A stretch of DNA of 64,000 bases, taken from contig CAWCKJ010000006.1 in NCBI GenBank assembly GCA_963796105.1, positions 96,001 to 160,000 on the forward strand, written 5' to 3'. How positions within the stretch are numbered: position 1 is the stretch's first letter; every line of letters starts with the position of its first letter. The notes under the pieces are model-generated. The model saw only the letters and a list, made by a program, of their open reading frames with translations, made no database searches and was not told the origin of the DNA. The stretch is from a candidate division FCPU426 bacterium. GTDB taxonomy: Bacteria > Oederibacteriota > Muellerivitia > Muellerivitales > Muellerivitaceae. This document shows, in pieces, positions 41,063 to 50,023 of the stretch. A program made the position numbers and the translations under genes.

Positions 41063-43333
41063 ATGATGGTAATAATTCCGAAATCAATAATTAAAAATGT
41101 GGCCAAACAAGTAGCAGACACATATTTTGCAAATAATGAACGGTTTCAACAAGTGAAAGGAGCGGAAGAGAAGAAACTCGAAGATTTTCTATTTCTTTCT
41201 GTGTGTTCTTTCCTGGCGGATGATATCGAAGGTTTGGGTTTGTTCGTTTATAAATTAATTGATTTTTTGCCAGTGGAAATAAAGGATGTATTGATAAATC
41301 GTTGGAATGGAAACATCGCTTCCTTTAATGATGATTTTTTATCGGCAAAAAAATATTTGGAAAATGCTTATTCAATAGCAAGAGAAAATCAAATTGAAGA
41401 ATGGTTAATTCGAGATATTTTATTGGATTTGCGTAATTCAACATTTCGTCTGGCTGAAAAAAATAAAAATTATGGGCGCAATACAGAATTTCTTGATTCG
41501 TTAGAAAATTTAGAAGATTGGAATTTTACGCCATGCCTTGATAGAAGTTTATTGGACGGTATGGAAGATGTTCAAAACATACTTTTTAAAAAATTCACTG
41601 ATTCCCCAAATACAATTTATATTACCGATCAAAGTATTCCACAAACATTAGAGCATGTAGTAGAAGCTATTTGTTATGGAATGTGTTTTGGTTCTTATAC
41701 ATATTTAAGAGTTATACGAGATCGATTAGCACAAATATTCTATATTTACTCTAAAAACTATAATTCTTTTGATTTGTTAAGAGAAGCGTTACGGCTTTTT
41801 GCTATGGAAGCAAGTATTGGCTCGATTAAAAAGATTTTGGAAACGGACAAAGAACGATTGTATGCAGGGGTTTCAGGAAGCCCCGAAAAATTAATAAATT
41901 ATATTGTGCCAAAAAGAGAAGGTGACCTTAGCAAAATTATTAGGTGTGTTCTAATTGAATCTTTAGGTGAATATCTTCCTGATGAAAAAATTACCGATAT
42001 AGAAAAATACTTAATGGTTTGTTTAGAAGGCCAATTTTCTTTAAGTGAAACTCTAGACCTGAAGAGATCGGCTTTACGTTCGCTTTCCAAAAATGTAGAA
42101 CGCATAAATATGAATCAAATTATTTCAAAATTACTAGGTTTGATAAGCAACAATCGCTTAGTTAATGATGAAATATTGGAATTGCTTGCGAGAGTTTCTT
42201 GGAAAAACATTACAAAAGAAGTGGCATTTAATGTTGCGAAGAAATTAGTGGAAATTAAAACATTATTTCATAGTTCAAATAAACTTTATGAAATCCTACT
42301 TGAAATCAGAAATGATTATGGGCCTTATAATCCGGAATATGAAAGTTCTCTTTTAAAGGAATGCGAAAATTTAAAATCTTTAGATGCTGTATATTATTTT
42401 TCAAAATTAACGGGTGAAGATTATCAACAAGAACGACAAAAAATAGCATTAGAAATATTAGAGAGATTGGAAAAAGGCAATTCTGTACTTCATGGCCAAA
42501 GTCCGGTTATAGTTTCATCTTTTGGTGGATACAACATTATTTATATATATTTCCAGTATGCATCCAATGGAATCTTTGGAAATATTCAGAGAGCTGCGGA
42601 AATCTATAAATCAATATTAGAGAATCCTAATCATTATGTTTCTGCGAAATACGCAACTTTAAACATGATTTCGGTACTTTTTCATTCTGGTAATAAACTT
42701 GCTGTGGAATATGGTCCGAAAATTGTTGAGAGTTGTTATAACGATCAAAAAAAAGTTCTTAAATATACTGATGACGATTTATTTAAAGAAGGCTACAAAG
42801 AGAGGTTGGAATTAAAACTTCACCAAATGTATTTGGCCTTTTCAAAAAAGCTTACTTTCGATGAAATAGTTGTAAAGTCATCAGAATATTTAATGAATGG
42901 CTTAAGAGACATTAGGTTAGAAGCAGTAGAGTTTTTGAAAGAGGCCTTAAACATTTGTTCGGATTCTGAAAAGAATGCTTTATTCGAATTGTTATATATG
43001 AAAACATTTGATAGTTCGGAAACGGTAAGACTAACGGCTATCACTGCGTTAAATGATGCAACAATGAATAAAACTAACTGGTCCGAGATTTGTATTAAAC
43101 GTATGAAAATATTGGTTAAGGATAGCAATGATCTTGTCAGAAATTCTGTTGTGATTTCTGCTCGAAAAGGATTAATGAATTCTAAAAACGAAGGATATGT
43201 TTCGATACTTGAATGGGCAAAACTCGATGCGCATTATGCAATTCGTAATCGAGCAAAGAAAGCTTTAGAGGAATTCCTACAACCCCCCAAAATTTCAAAA
43301 AGGGAAGAATTAAAACCTAATTCCGAAAACTGA
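41063..43333 (+). CDS. large alpha-helical protein with C-terminal HEAT repeats
   Basis: D....VR..A...L repeats (DSSETVRLTAITAL, DSNDLVRNSV, DAHYAIRNRAKKAL); no P-loop recognised. Confidence 0.72.
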   Translation: MMVIIPKSIIKNVAKQVADTYFANNERFQQVKGAEEKKLEDFLFLSVCSFLADDIEGLGLFVYKLIDFLPVEIKDVLINRWNGNIASFNDDFLSAKKYLENAYSIARENQIEEWLIRDILLDLRNSTFRLAEKNKNYGRNTEFLDSLENLEDWNFTPCLDRSLLDGMEDVQNILFKKFTDSPNTIYITDQSIPQTLEHVVEAICYGMCFGSYTYLRVIRDRLAQIFYIYSKNYNSFDLLREALRLFAMEASIGSIKKILETDKERLYAGVSGSPEKLINYIVPKREGDLSKIIRCVLIESLGEYLPDEKITDIEKYLMVCLEGQFSLSETLDLKRSALRSLSKNVERINMNQIISKLLGLISNNRLVNDEILELLARVSWKNITKEVAFNVAKKLVEIKTLFHSSNKLYEILLEIRNDYGPYNPEYESSLLKECENLKSLDAVYYFSKLTGEDYQQERQKIALEILERLEKGNSVLHGQSPVIVSSFGGYNIIYIYFQYASNGIFGNIQRAAEIYKSILENPNHYVSAKYATLNMISVLFHSGNKLAVEYGPKIVESCYNDQKKVLKYTDDDLFKEGYKERLELKLHQMYLAFSKKLTFDEIVVKSSEYLMNGLRDIRLEAVEFLKEALNICSDSEKNALFELLYMKTFDSSETVRLTAITALNDATMNKTNWSEICIKRMKILVKDSNDLVRNSVVISARKGLMNSKNEGYVSILEWAKLDAHYAIRNRAKKALEEFLQPPKISKREELKPNSEN

Positions 43334-43446
43334 CCTCAATGTAAAAACTGTCTTATGTTTGAAGGAGATTAAGAAATTAATGGTCAAATTGTATCCATGA
43401 AGGCCCAAAGTTCTAGCTGTCAATCTCTGGGAGCCGCTTTAAAAGT

Positions 43447-43508
43447 GGGAAAAGGGGAATTTCGGGGGAACTTTCGGGGAATAAATAGGGAAAAAAGGAA
43501 TTAAGCGG
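43447..43508 (+). repeat. phased G-tract array 3
   Basis: GG(GG)AA motifs at 43447, 43454, 43464, 43476, 43488, 43497, 43507. Confidence 0.65.
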
Positions 43509-43560
43509 AAATTCCTTGTATCAGAAAAGTTCGAAATGTATCCATGAAGGCCAGCCATTT
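43501..43560 (-). other. attR with the displaced recombinase C-terminal tail KWLAFMDTFRTFLIQGISA*
   Basis: in frame with the recombinase when joined at CCAGCCATTT; TAA stop at 43501-43503. Confidence 0.82.
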
Positions 43561-43564
43561 TTTC

Positions 43565-43642
43565 CTATAAAGCTTTAAAAGAGAAAATGACTTGCCCTTC
43601 TTTCATGAGATGGGTTATAAATGCATTCATGAAGGGTAGCCA
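43565..43642 (-). other. second att-arm/recombinase-tail remnant WLPFMNAFITHLMKEGQVIFSFKAL*
   Basis: GTTATAAATGCATTCATGAAGGGTAGCCA aligns without gaps to GTTCGAAATGTATCCATGAAGGCCAGCCA. Confidence 0.7.
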
Positions 43643-43688
43643 ATAAAGTCCAATCTTCAAGTGCGGAAGATTGGACTTTATTATTTTT
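43642..43688 (+). terminator. perfect 17-bp hairpin, probable original tRNA-Gln terminator (possibly bidirectional)
   Basis: AATAAAGTCCAATCTTC-AAGTGCG-GAAGATTGGACTTTATT followed by ATTTTT, directly after GCCA. Confidence 0.75.
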
Positions 43689-44051
43689 AGGAGCAAAAAT
43701 TTGTTAATTTGTTAGTTGTTCTAACGCTATCAAGTAGACTGGTCGAAGCCTAGGATTCCGAAATAACAGGAAATACAGGGTTAATTTAAGAATCCGAGAT
43801 GTGACTTGCTTTAAGCAATTCTTCCATAAGAATTCCTTTCGGTTTTTGATTAATAATGACCTGATTCGAAACCGAAGAACCTAATCATTTTTATGGGTGG
43901 TTGAAGCGGGGTTGTCTGTATTCCCTGAGGGGACGCACCGCATCTTTAGGGTTCAGAACGTCAAAAGATCTATTGGGGTGCCTTAATTAATAAATAACGA
44001 CACATTCAGATTTTGGGGAAATATTTGGTATTATGGCGACGTGAAAAAAGC

Positions 44052-44855
44052 ATGAAAAAGTCATATTTTCTTCTGTTTCTCAGCAGCGTGGCGGTTCCCC
44101 TTTTTGGGGGAACCGACCTTCGAGCCCACGTGGAAAGCTTGTCTTATAAGGATGCCTGGGTGGATGTGGCGGTTTCCATTGCTGATGGACACTTGAGGTT
44201 GGACTTCCAAGGTCCCATTTCGCACGGGTCGTTGATCTATGACCGCGAAACATCCCAGGTGACGGTTGTCGATGATCTTCACAAAACTGTTCTGACTCTC
44301 TCCCAGGGTGACCAGACCGCCCTCAAAATCATGGGCGCCATCTCTTCCGGCAGGCTCAAAGGCGGGGCAGCCGGTTTTCCGCTTAGCGTTCAGAAGACCT
44401 ATGCCATCGTCCAGGAAAACGCGAAAGCTTTTTTTAACGGGATACCGGTTTTAAAGGGTAAAGGTGCACGGATAGGAGGGTTTACCTGCGATGAGTACCA
44501 GACCGATTTTGAGGGGATTAAAGCCCGCGAAGTATGGGTGACCCTTCCCGAGAAAGTTGGCATGAGCGGGGAAGACTACAATACATTGAGGGGTATGGTC
44601 CATTTGGCGGTGGATTTTTGCGGAGACGAATTGACTCAATTAGGTGCGGATACTTCTTCTTTTCAACAAAGTCTTTCAAATCCCCAGCTGCCGGTTCGCG
44701 CGGTTCTTTACGCCCAGAATAAGCCCTCTGGCCGGTTTAAAGTCCGTAGTGTCCGTACCCGGACTTTTGACGCGACGACCTTTATTCCTCCTGCCGGTTA
44801 CCGTAATTTAAGTTTGATAAGTCTTGGTAAAAATTGGATCAACGGAAATCCTTGA
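44052..44855 (+). CDS. exported protein, DUF4412-like
   Basis: signal peptide; IGGFTCDEY, REVWV, F.PPAGY motifs. Confidence 0.65.
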   Translation: MKKSYFLLFLSSVAVPLFGGTDLRAHVESLSYKDAWVDVAVSIADGHLRLDFQGPISHGSLIYDRETSQVTVVDDLHKTVLTLSQGDQTALKIMGAISSGRLKGGAAGFPLSVQKTYAIVQENAKAFFNGIPVLKGKGARIGGFTCDEYQTDFEGIKAREVWVTLPEKVGMSGEDYNTLRGMVHLAVDFCGDELTQLGADTSSFQQSLSNPQLPVRAVLYAQNKPSGRFKVRSVRTRTFDATTFIPPAGYRNLSLISLGKNWINGNP

Positions 44856-44888
44856 ATTACCCATGAGGCTTCCCGCTTTTGGGAATGG

Positions 44889-46904
44889 TCAATCGAGAGC
44901 CCCATCCAAGGTTAAGCCCTCCTGCGAGGCCTGTATATCTTCCTTAGAAACCTCCACCGTCAATACGTCGATACCGTTTCGAGGGTTCTTAATCGAACCC
45001 CAGATGGCCCTGGGGTAAACCTGATGTAACTTTTCCTGGAGTTCCGGGTATTCCCAGGGCGGAATAATAAATAATACGTTTTTAGACACATTTTTCCGGA
45101 TAGGCACCTCGAAATGATCCCCCATTTGGTTGAAGGTGAATAAATCATGAGTCAGCACATATACTGTACTCGAGCTGTAAACGAAATCCAGCAACGCGTG
45201 GCAGCGGGGGCATTGGGTTCTCAGATATTCGGCGACTTGTATATGGTTGAAGCCCAGCAAATCCCAATAGTTGGGGCCCTCAGCCTTGAAATTCCGGAAG
45301 GAAAAATAGTAGGTGAATATATTCCAAACTAAGGCCGCCGTTACTAGTAAGGTTAATAACATTTTGCCTGTTCTTTTCATGGCCAAGGTCAAAGCGGAAA
45401 AAATCCCGATAACCCGATCCAAGGTCCAAGCAGCTACGAAAAAAAGGAATGGGACCACTAGAAAGTAACGCTGGCCGTTAACGGAAGTTGGATCCGGATT
45501 GGGACCTTGTATGGCGAAGGCGTTAGCCACAATGCCGAAAAATAGGCCGCCCAAGGATATCCAACAGGCTCTTTGCCTCCAATGAAGGACTGCCCATAGG
45601 AGGCCGAATGCCATCAAGCTTCCCGAAACCGGATCCAGCTGAGGCGCGTTGGCGCAAAAACGGGGGTCCAGCCCGTCATTGCGGTTGAGAAAGGAAAGGA
45701 AAGTCCAAGCCATTCTTTTGAAAATAAGGGCGTAATGTCCCGTCCTTTGAACTTCCGCGAGAAGGCTTAGTTCCTTAGCGCGGCCAAGTATCGTGTAGGG
45801 TTCCTGGAAGGCGTAAATGATAAAGGGGCCAGCCAGCCACAGCATGGAAAGGGCGCCCAAGGGTAGGTATCGGGAGTGGTTTCTCCAAAAAGGTCTACCT
45901 TCCACGGCCCAGATCCCTAAAACCGCGAATCCGGCCATGAATACCACAAGCCGGCCCGGCAAATATTCCAATTCGCAAAAGGCGATGAAGAGGCCTGCCC
46001 AAAAATAATCGGATTTCCGGCCTTGTTTCAAGGCCTTAGAAAGGAAATAAAACGCCAGGATTTCCCAAAAGGCCACCAGCATGTCTTGGAAAGGGGAAAG
46101 ACTATAAAAAAGGTACCACCAACCAATGGACATCAAAAAGACGGACAGAATTGAGGGAAGGAAAGCGAAGAATAGACGGCACCAAAGGTAGAAAATATAT
46201 AGGGCTCCCAAAGAAATGAGAGCGGAAAAAAGCCTGGCTGAACCACAAGACGTGCCGAAAATCCTCATGAATAGGGATAACCACCAAAAATGAAAGGATT
46301 CATTTCCTCCCCAGCTTGCGATAAAAGGGGACTTGAGTGAGCCATTCAGAAAGCTATAAGCGTCCCGAATACAGTTCGCTTCGTCGATTTGAAAGCCGGT
46401 GATATGCTGGCCGATGAAGGGCAATCTCATGGCCGCGGCAATCAAGAGGACCAAAGCGAGAAGTTTCTTTTCAACATCAGGTCCAGGGGACCACGCTTTT
46501 TCAGGGCTTGCCAGGGAGATTTGAGTAAACATGAAAAAAGCAACAGCCCAGGAGGCAAAAGCCAGGGCGTATAAGCGGGCTGAAAAGAAAAATTGTCCCA
46601 TCCCCGCGAAAAAAATAGCCGCGCCCAAGGGGAACAAATCATCCCATTTTGGGCTGGATCTGCCTTTTTTAATTAAGGGTTTGGGGGACATGGATTCCCG
46701 GTTTTCAGGAAGGAGAGGTATCCGCTTGGGAAAAGCTTTCCATATCATGAATAGGGACAAAATCTGGAATGGAGCGCCGGAAAACCAACGCTGATCCTGG
46801 GATCCTGACCAAAGATAGGCTCCGACCGCGCCCGAAAGGATACCAACGAGACAATAGAGCCAGTTGAACTTATTTTTTCCTAAGGGGTTGGTTTTTTTTC
46901 TCAC
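44889..46904 (-). CDS. GT-C fold membrane glycosyltransferase (GT39/ArnT/PMT-like)
   Basis: many TMs, DE motif after R in the first loop (QIDEA), ARLFSA, QRY late loop. Confidence 0.82.
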   Translation of the reverse strand: MRKKTNPLGKNKFNWLYCLVGILSGAVGAYLWSGSQDQRWFSGAPFQILSLFMIWKAFPKRIPLLPENRESMSPKPLIKKGRSSPKWDDLFPLGAAIFFAGMGQFFFSARLYALAFASWAVAFFMFTQISLASPEKAWSPGPDVEKKLLALVLLIAAAMRLPFIGQHITGFQIDEANCIRDAYSFLNGSLKSPFIASWGGNESFHFWWLSLFMRIFGTSCGSARLFSALISLGALYIFYLWCRLFFAFLPSILSVFLMSIGWWYLFYSLSPFQDMLVAFWEILAFYFLSKALKQGRKSDYFWAGLFIAFCELEYLPGRLVVFMAGFAVLGIWAVEGRPFWRNHSRYLPLGALSMLWLAGPFIIYAFQEPYTILGRAKELSLLAEVQRTGHYALIFKRMAWTFLSFLNRNDGLDPRFCANAPQLDPVSGSLMAFGLLWAVLHWRQRACWISLGGLFFGIVANAFAIQGPNPDPTSVNGQRYFLVVPFLFFVAAWTLDRVIGIFSALTLAMKRTGKMLLTLLVTAALVWNIFTYYFSFRNFKAEGPNYWDLLGFNHIQVAEYLRTQCPRCHALLDFVYSSSTVYVLTHDLFTFNQMGDHFEVPIRKNVSKNVLFIIPPWEYPELQEKLHQVYPRAIWGSIKNPRNGIDVLTVEVSKEDIQASQEGLTLDGALD

Positions 46905-47228
46905 GGGAAGTCATTATACTTAGAAACGAAAAAACGAGGTGGTTTTTCGTCGGTGTCAGTTTTCTTAATCCGTGAATTTTTGGAAGGCCAAGAGAGAATT
47001 TTTTCATGCAGAAGATCTAAAAACCGGAGGAACCAGACCTGATGAGATGGAATCGATTATTAAACCAAAGGGGTTTGAGCTTCCTGGAGATCCTTGTTTA
47101 CGGGGCGCTTTTGGTATTCGTGATATACGCAGGGATGAAATTTTTCACCAACTCGGACAGCCAGAGTCCCGTCAGGGCCTATGAAAACCCCCTCACCAAG
47201 TAACGAGCAAACCGGGACGCAGGTATTT

Positions 47229-47749
47229 TCAAAGGTTCTTGAAGAAATCCAGGTAAAGTTTATGCTTCAAGTACATATGTTCAAATAGGGCGTCGTGCAG
47301 GTCGTAATCAGCCTCGGAACCGAACCAGTGCAGGGCTTCTTTAGCGCAGTAATAACGCGGTCCCGGGCCCGACCCTTGAGGGTCATCCTCCTCGTTCCAA
47401 AGTTTTTGGAATTCTGCGACGACATCTATGACAGCTAATCTTCTTTCCTCTATCTCGATCTCGCTTTTGAATTTCACCAGGTCCTGATTTCGGTAGATCT
47501 CTAGGATATATTCCCCAAGAATGGAATCCCGTTTCTCCTGGGATAGCTTTTTGGTGATAAAATCCGCCTTCATAGTTTGAGCCAAGTTGCAGGCGCTCAT
47601 CCCAAGGACGATCCGGAGCATTTCCTCGGTCAAGTCAAGATCGTGTCCTTTTTTTTGTGGAGAATTTCCAGGAGTTCCCGTATCTCGCTGATCTTTATGA
47701 GCTTTTTTGAGATTTCCTGGTCTTCGCTTTTCGTCCTGAAAAACAACAT
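47229..47749 (-). CDS. hypothetical protein, apparently frameshifted at an A8 run
   Basis: ATG 47749 ORF (MLFFRTKSEDQ...LHKK) joins the 47633 ORF if the T8 run at 47649-47656 were T9. Confidence 0.5.
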
Positions 47750-48049
47750 GGCGGAAATTATCCTTTTCGGCCTATGACAGTCGGTATATTACTGGAGAAA
47801 CCAATTGAGCCTTTCGACAAGACCTTGTATCAAATGGTTCATTGGGATTTCCCTACTCTGTTAAGAAAATAATAACCTTTTCCCCAAAAAACCATCTACA
47901 CCTTTCTGCTAAAGGGCCTCGAAACAGGGTAAAATGAGTTAGATCATGTTTTATTGACCGGCTGATTTCAGGCCTCGGTTTCGGCCGGGAACAAGCTGAT
48001 TATGGAAATTAATTCGGATTGATCTAAAAAAGGGGCGGGAGGGCGCGAT

Positions 48050-49012
48050 ATGAAGGCTATAAGGGTACACCAATTCGGCGGTCCGGAAGTCATGAAATGG
48101 GAAGAAATTCCCGACCCGAAGCCGGGACAGGGCCAGGCCCTCATCCTGGTCAAGGCAGCCGGAGTCAACCCGATAGAGACTTATATTCGGGCTGGAGTCT
48201 ATCCCGTTTTGGTCCCGCTTTCCTACACTCCCGGCGCCGATGGAGCGGGGATAGTCGAGAAAATAGGGAAAGGGGTACGCGGCATCAAGCCGGGGGAAAG
48301 GGTTTATTTCAACGCGGCCCTGAGAGGTTCCTACGCCGAGAAAACGTTAGCGGCCTCGGATAACGTCCACCTGCTTCCAAAGAAAATATCCTTTTCCCAA
48401 GGCGCGGCCATGGGGATTCCTTATGCCACGGCCCATCGGGCCCTTTTTGGAAGAGGAAGGGCGAAAAAGGGAGAAGTGGTCCTGGTCCATGGGGCTAGCG
48501 GGGGAGTGGGGACGGCCGCTGTCCAATTAGCAAAAAGGGCGAAACTCTTTGTCGTTGGAACTGCTGGTACCGAGGGGGGGCGGGCCTTAGTGAAGAAACT
48601 GGGCGCGGACCAGGTTTTGGACCATCACGATCCGGAATTCGGGAACAAGCTTTCAAAATTCACAGAAGGAAGAGGAGTAGACCTTATCCTTGAGATGCTT
48701 GCCAACGTGAATCTTGGGAAAGACCTGACTTATCTCGCCAAGAGGGGAAGGGTGGTCGTGGTAGGAAGCCGCGGCCCAGTGGAAATTAATCCCCGGGAAA
48801 CCATGGGCCGCGACGCTGAAATCCTTGGAATGACCTTGGCCAATACTAATCCTGCGGAGATTTCTAAAATCCATGCTGACCTGGTCAAGGGTCTGAAAAG
48901 CGGTTCGCTGGTGCCGGTGATCGGCCGTGAGTTCGCGCTCAAGGACGCGCCCCAAGCCCATGTCGCTGTTATGACTCCGGGCGCATATGGAAAGATTGTT
49001 CTCATTCCATGA
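48050..49012 (+). CDS. NADPH:quinone reductase (zeta-crystallin/MDR family)
   Basis: MKAIRVHQFGGPEV, GVNP, VLVHGASGGVG, GKIVL. Confidence 0.93.
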   Translation: MKAIRVHQFGGPEVMKWEEIPDPKPGQGQALILVKAAGVNPIETYIRAGVYPVLVPLSYTPGADGAGIVEKIGKGVRGIKPGERVYFNAALRGSYAEKTLAASDNVHLLPKKISFSQGAAMGIPYATAHRALFGRGRAKKGEVVLVHGASGGVGTAAVQLAKRAKLFVVGTAGTEGGRALVKKLGADQVLDHHDPEFGNKLSKFTEGRGVDLILEMLANVNLGKDLTYLAKRGRVVVVGSRGPVEINPRETMGRDAEILGMTLANTNPAEISKIHADLVKGLKSGSLVPVIGREFALKDAPQAHVAVMTPGAYGKIVLIP

Positions 49013-49755
49013 GGGCGAGCCCATCCAAACCTCGGAAGATCCTGTTTCTGCTGGACTATGACGGCACCCTCACGGATTTTACCCGTGACCCTGAGTGTTC
49101 CAACCTGACGAGCCGGGAGAGGGGTCTCCTGAAAAAATTGATAGAAAAGTTTCCGGTCATTTTTATCAGCGGACGCCATGCCGAGGGTCTCAGGCGGGTT
49201 TCCCGCCTGGGTGAAATAGCCATCGTGGGAACCCACGGATTCGAAGCTAGCCGGCTTCCCCGTGGAATCCTCTTGGCATCCCCTGCCCTACAGCGGAGAT
49301 ATAGGCGGGAAGCGGATAGATTATGGAAAGCCATTCAAATCCTACCGGCCAGCTATCCTGGAATCCATATCGAGAGAAAACCTTTCTCCTCAACACTTCA
49401 TTATCGGGGAATAAAACTGTCCCCGAAGCGGGAAAAGTTACTTTTCCGGGATTTTAAGTGGTTGTACCGCAAGGCAGTCACGGAAAGGTTGTGGACAATT
49501 CAATTGGGGAAAAAGATGATCGAGGCCATGCCAAAGGGGTACACAAAGGGAAAAGCTGTCTTGAAAATACTGAGAAAATTTCCGGGTTATATGCCCATCT
49601 TTGCCGGCGATGACACAACCGACCTCACGGCATTCGAGGCTCTCATGAAAAGGGGATTGAAGGTGGCGGTCGGGAGCCGTATCCCAGACCGATATTGCGA
49701 CCTGCGTTTCAAACATCCCGAGGCTTTCTTGGATTGGCTCCGGTTGTTCATTTGA
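49009..49755 (+). CDS. otsB: trehalose-6-phosphate phosphatase (HAD IIB)
   Basis: DYDGTL, ISGR, HGFE, LHYR, KGKA, GDDTTD..AF. Confidence 0.88.
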   Translation: MRASPSKPRKILFLLDYDGTLTDFTRDPECSNLTSRERGLLKKLIEKFPVIFISGRHAEGLRRVSRLGEIAIVGTHGFEASRLPRGILLASPALQRRYRREADRLWKAIQILPASYPGIHIERKPFSSTLHYRGIKLSPKREKLLFRDFKWLYRKAVTERLWTIQLGKKMIEAMPKGYTKGKAVLKILRKFPGYMPIFAGDDTTDLTAFEALMKRGLKVAVGSRIPDRYCDLRFKHPEAFLDWLRLFI

Positions 49756-50023
49756 GCATGAAATATGTTCCTCCTTATTTCTAAGCTATAAATCCCACTA
49801 ACTCGTTCGAAAAACCGGTTTCATGGAATGGTACTTTTTCACTCCGAACTTTGTCAGATTAGATTACTCATGAACTGAATTTATGCGGTTCTTTCAGGCG
49901 CAATGTTTGTCCGAGGGGTTGATTGCCGATTTATGGTTTCACAACATAAGGGCTGGTTTTTGCGTTAAAATTAAAGGGATTAATGGCAATTCAATTTCCA
50001 GGTTTGTTTCGGCGGATTCACCC

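Larger units (their letters stand above)
33522..43560. mobile_element. ~10 kb integrative (defence-type) island inserted at the tRNA-Gln 3' end by a large serine recombinase
   Basis: direct repeat CCAGCCATTT at 33522-33531 and 43551-43560; recombinase reading frame continues across the repeat; AT-rich cargo. Confidence 0.88.

Noticed and set aside
33522..43560. Prophage or ICE
   Set aside because: No structural, replication, relaxase or T4SS genes recognised within the att sites
43745..43765. CTAGGATTCCGAA as the island's right att site
   Set aside because: Only loosely resembles the antisense T arm and is in the wrong orientation; 43551-43560 fits better and restores the recombinase frame
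46972..47184. 70-aa + strand ORF
   Set aside because: No RBS or motif support
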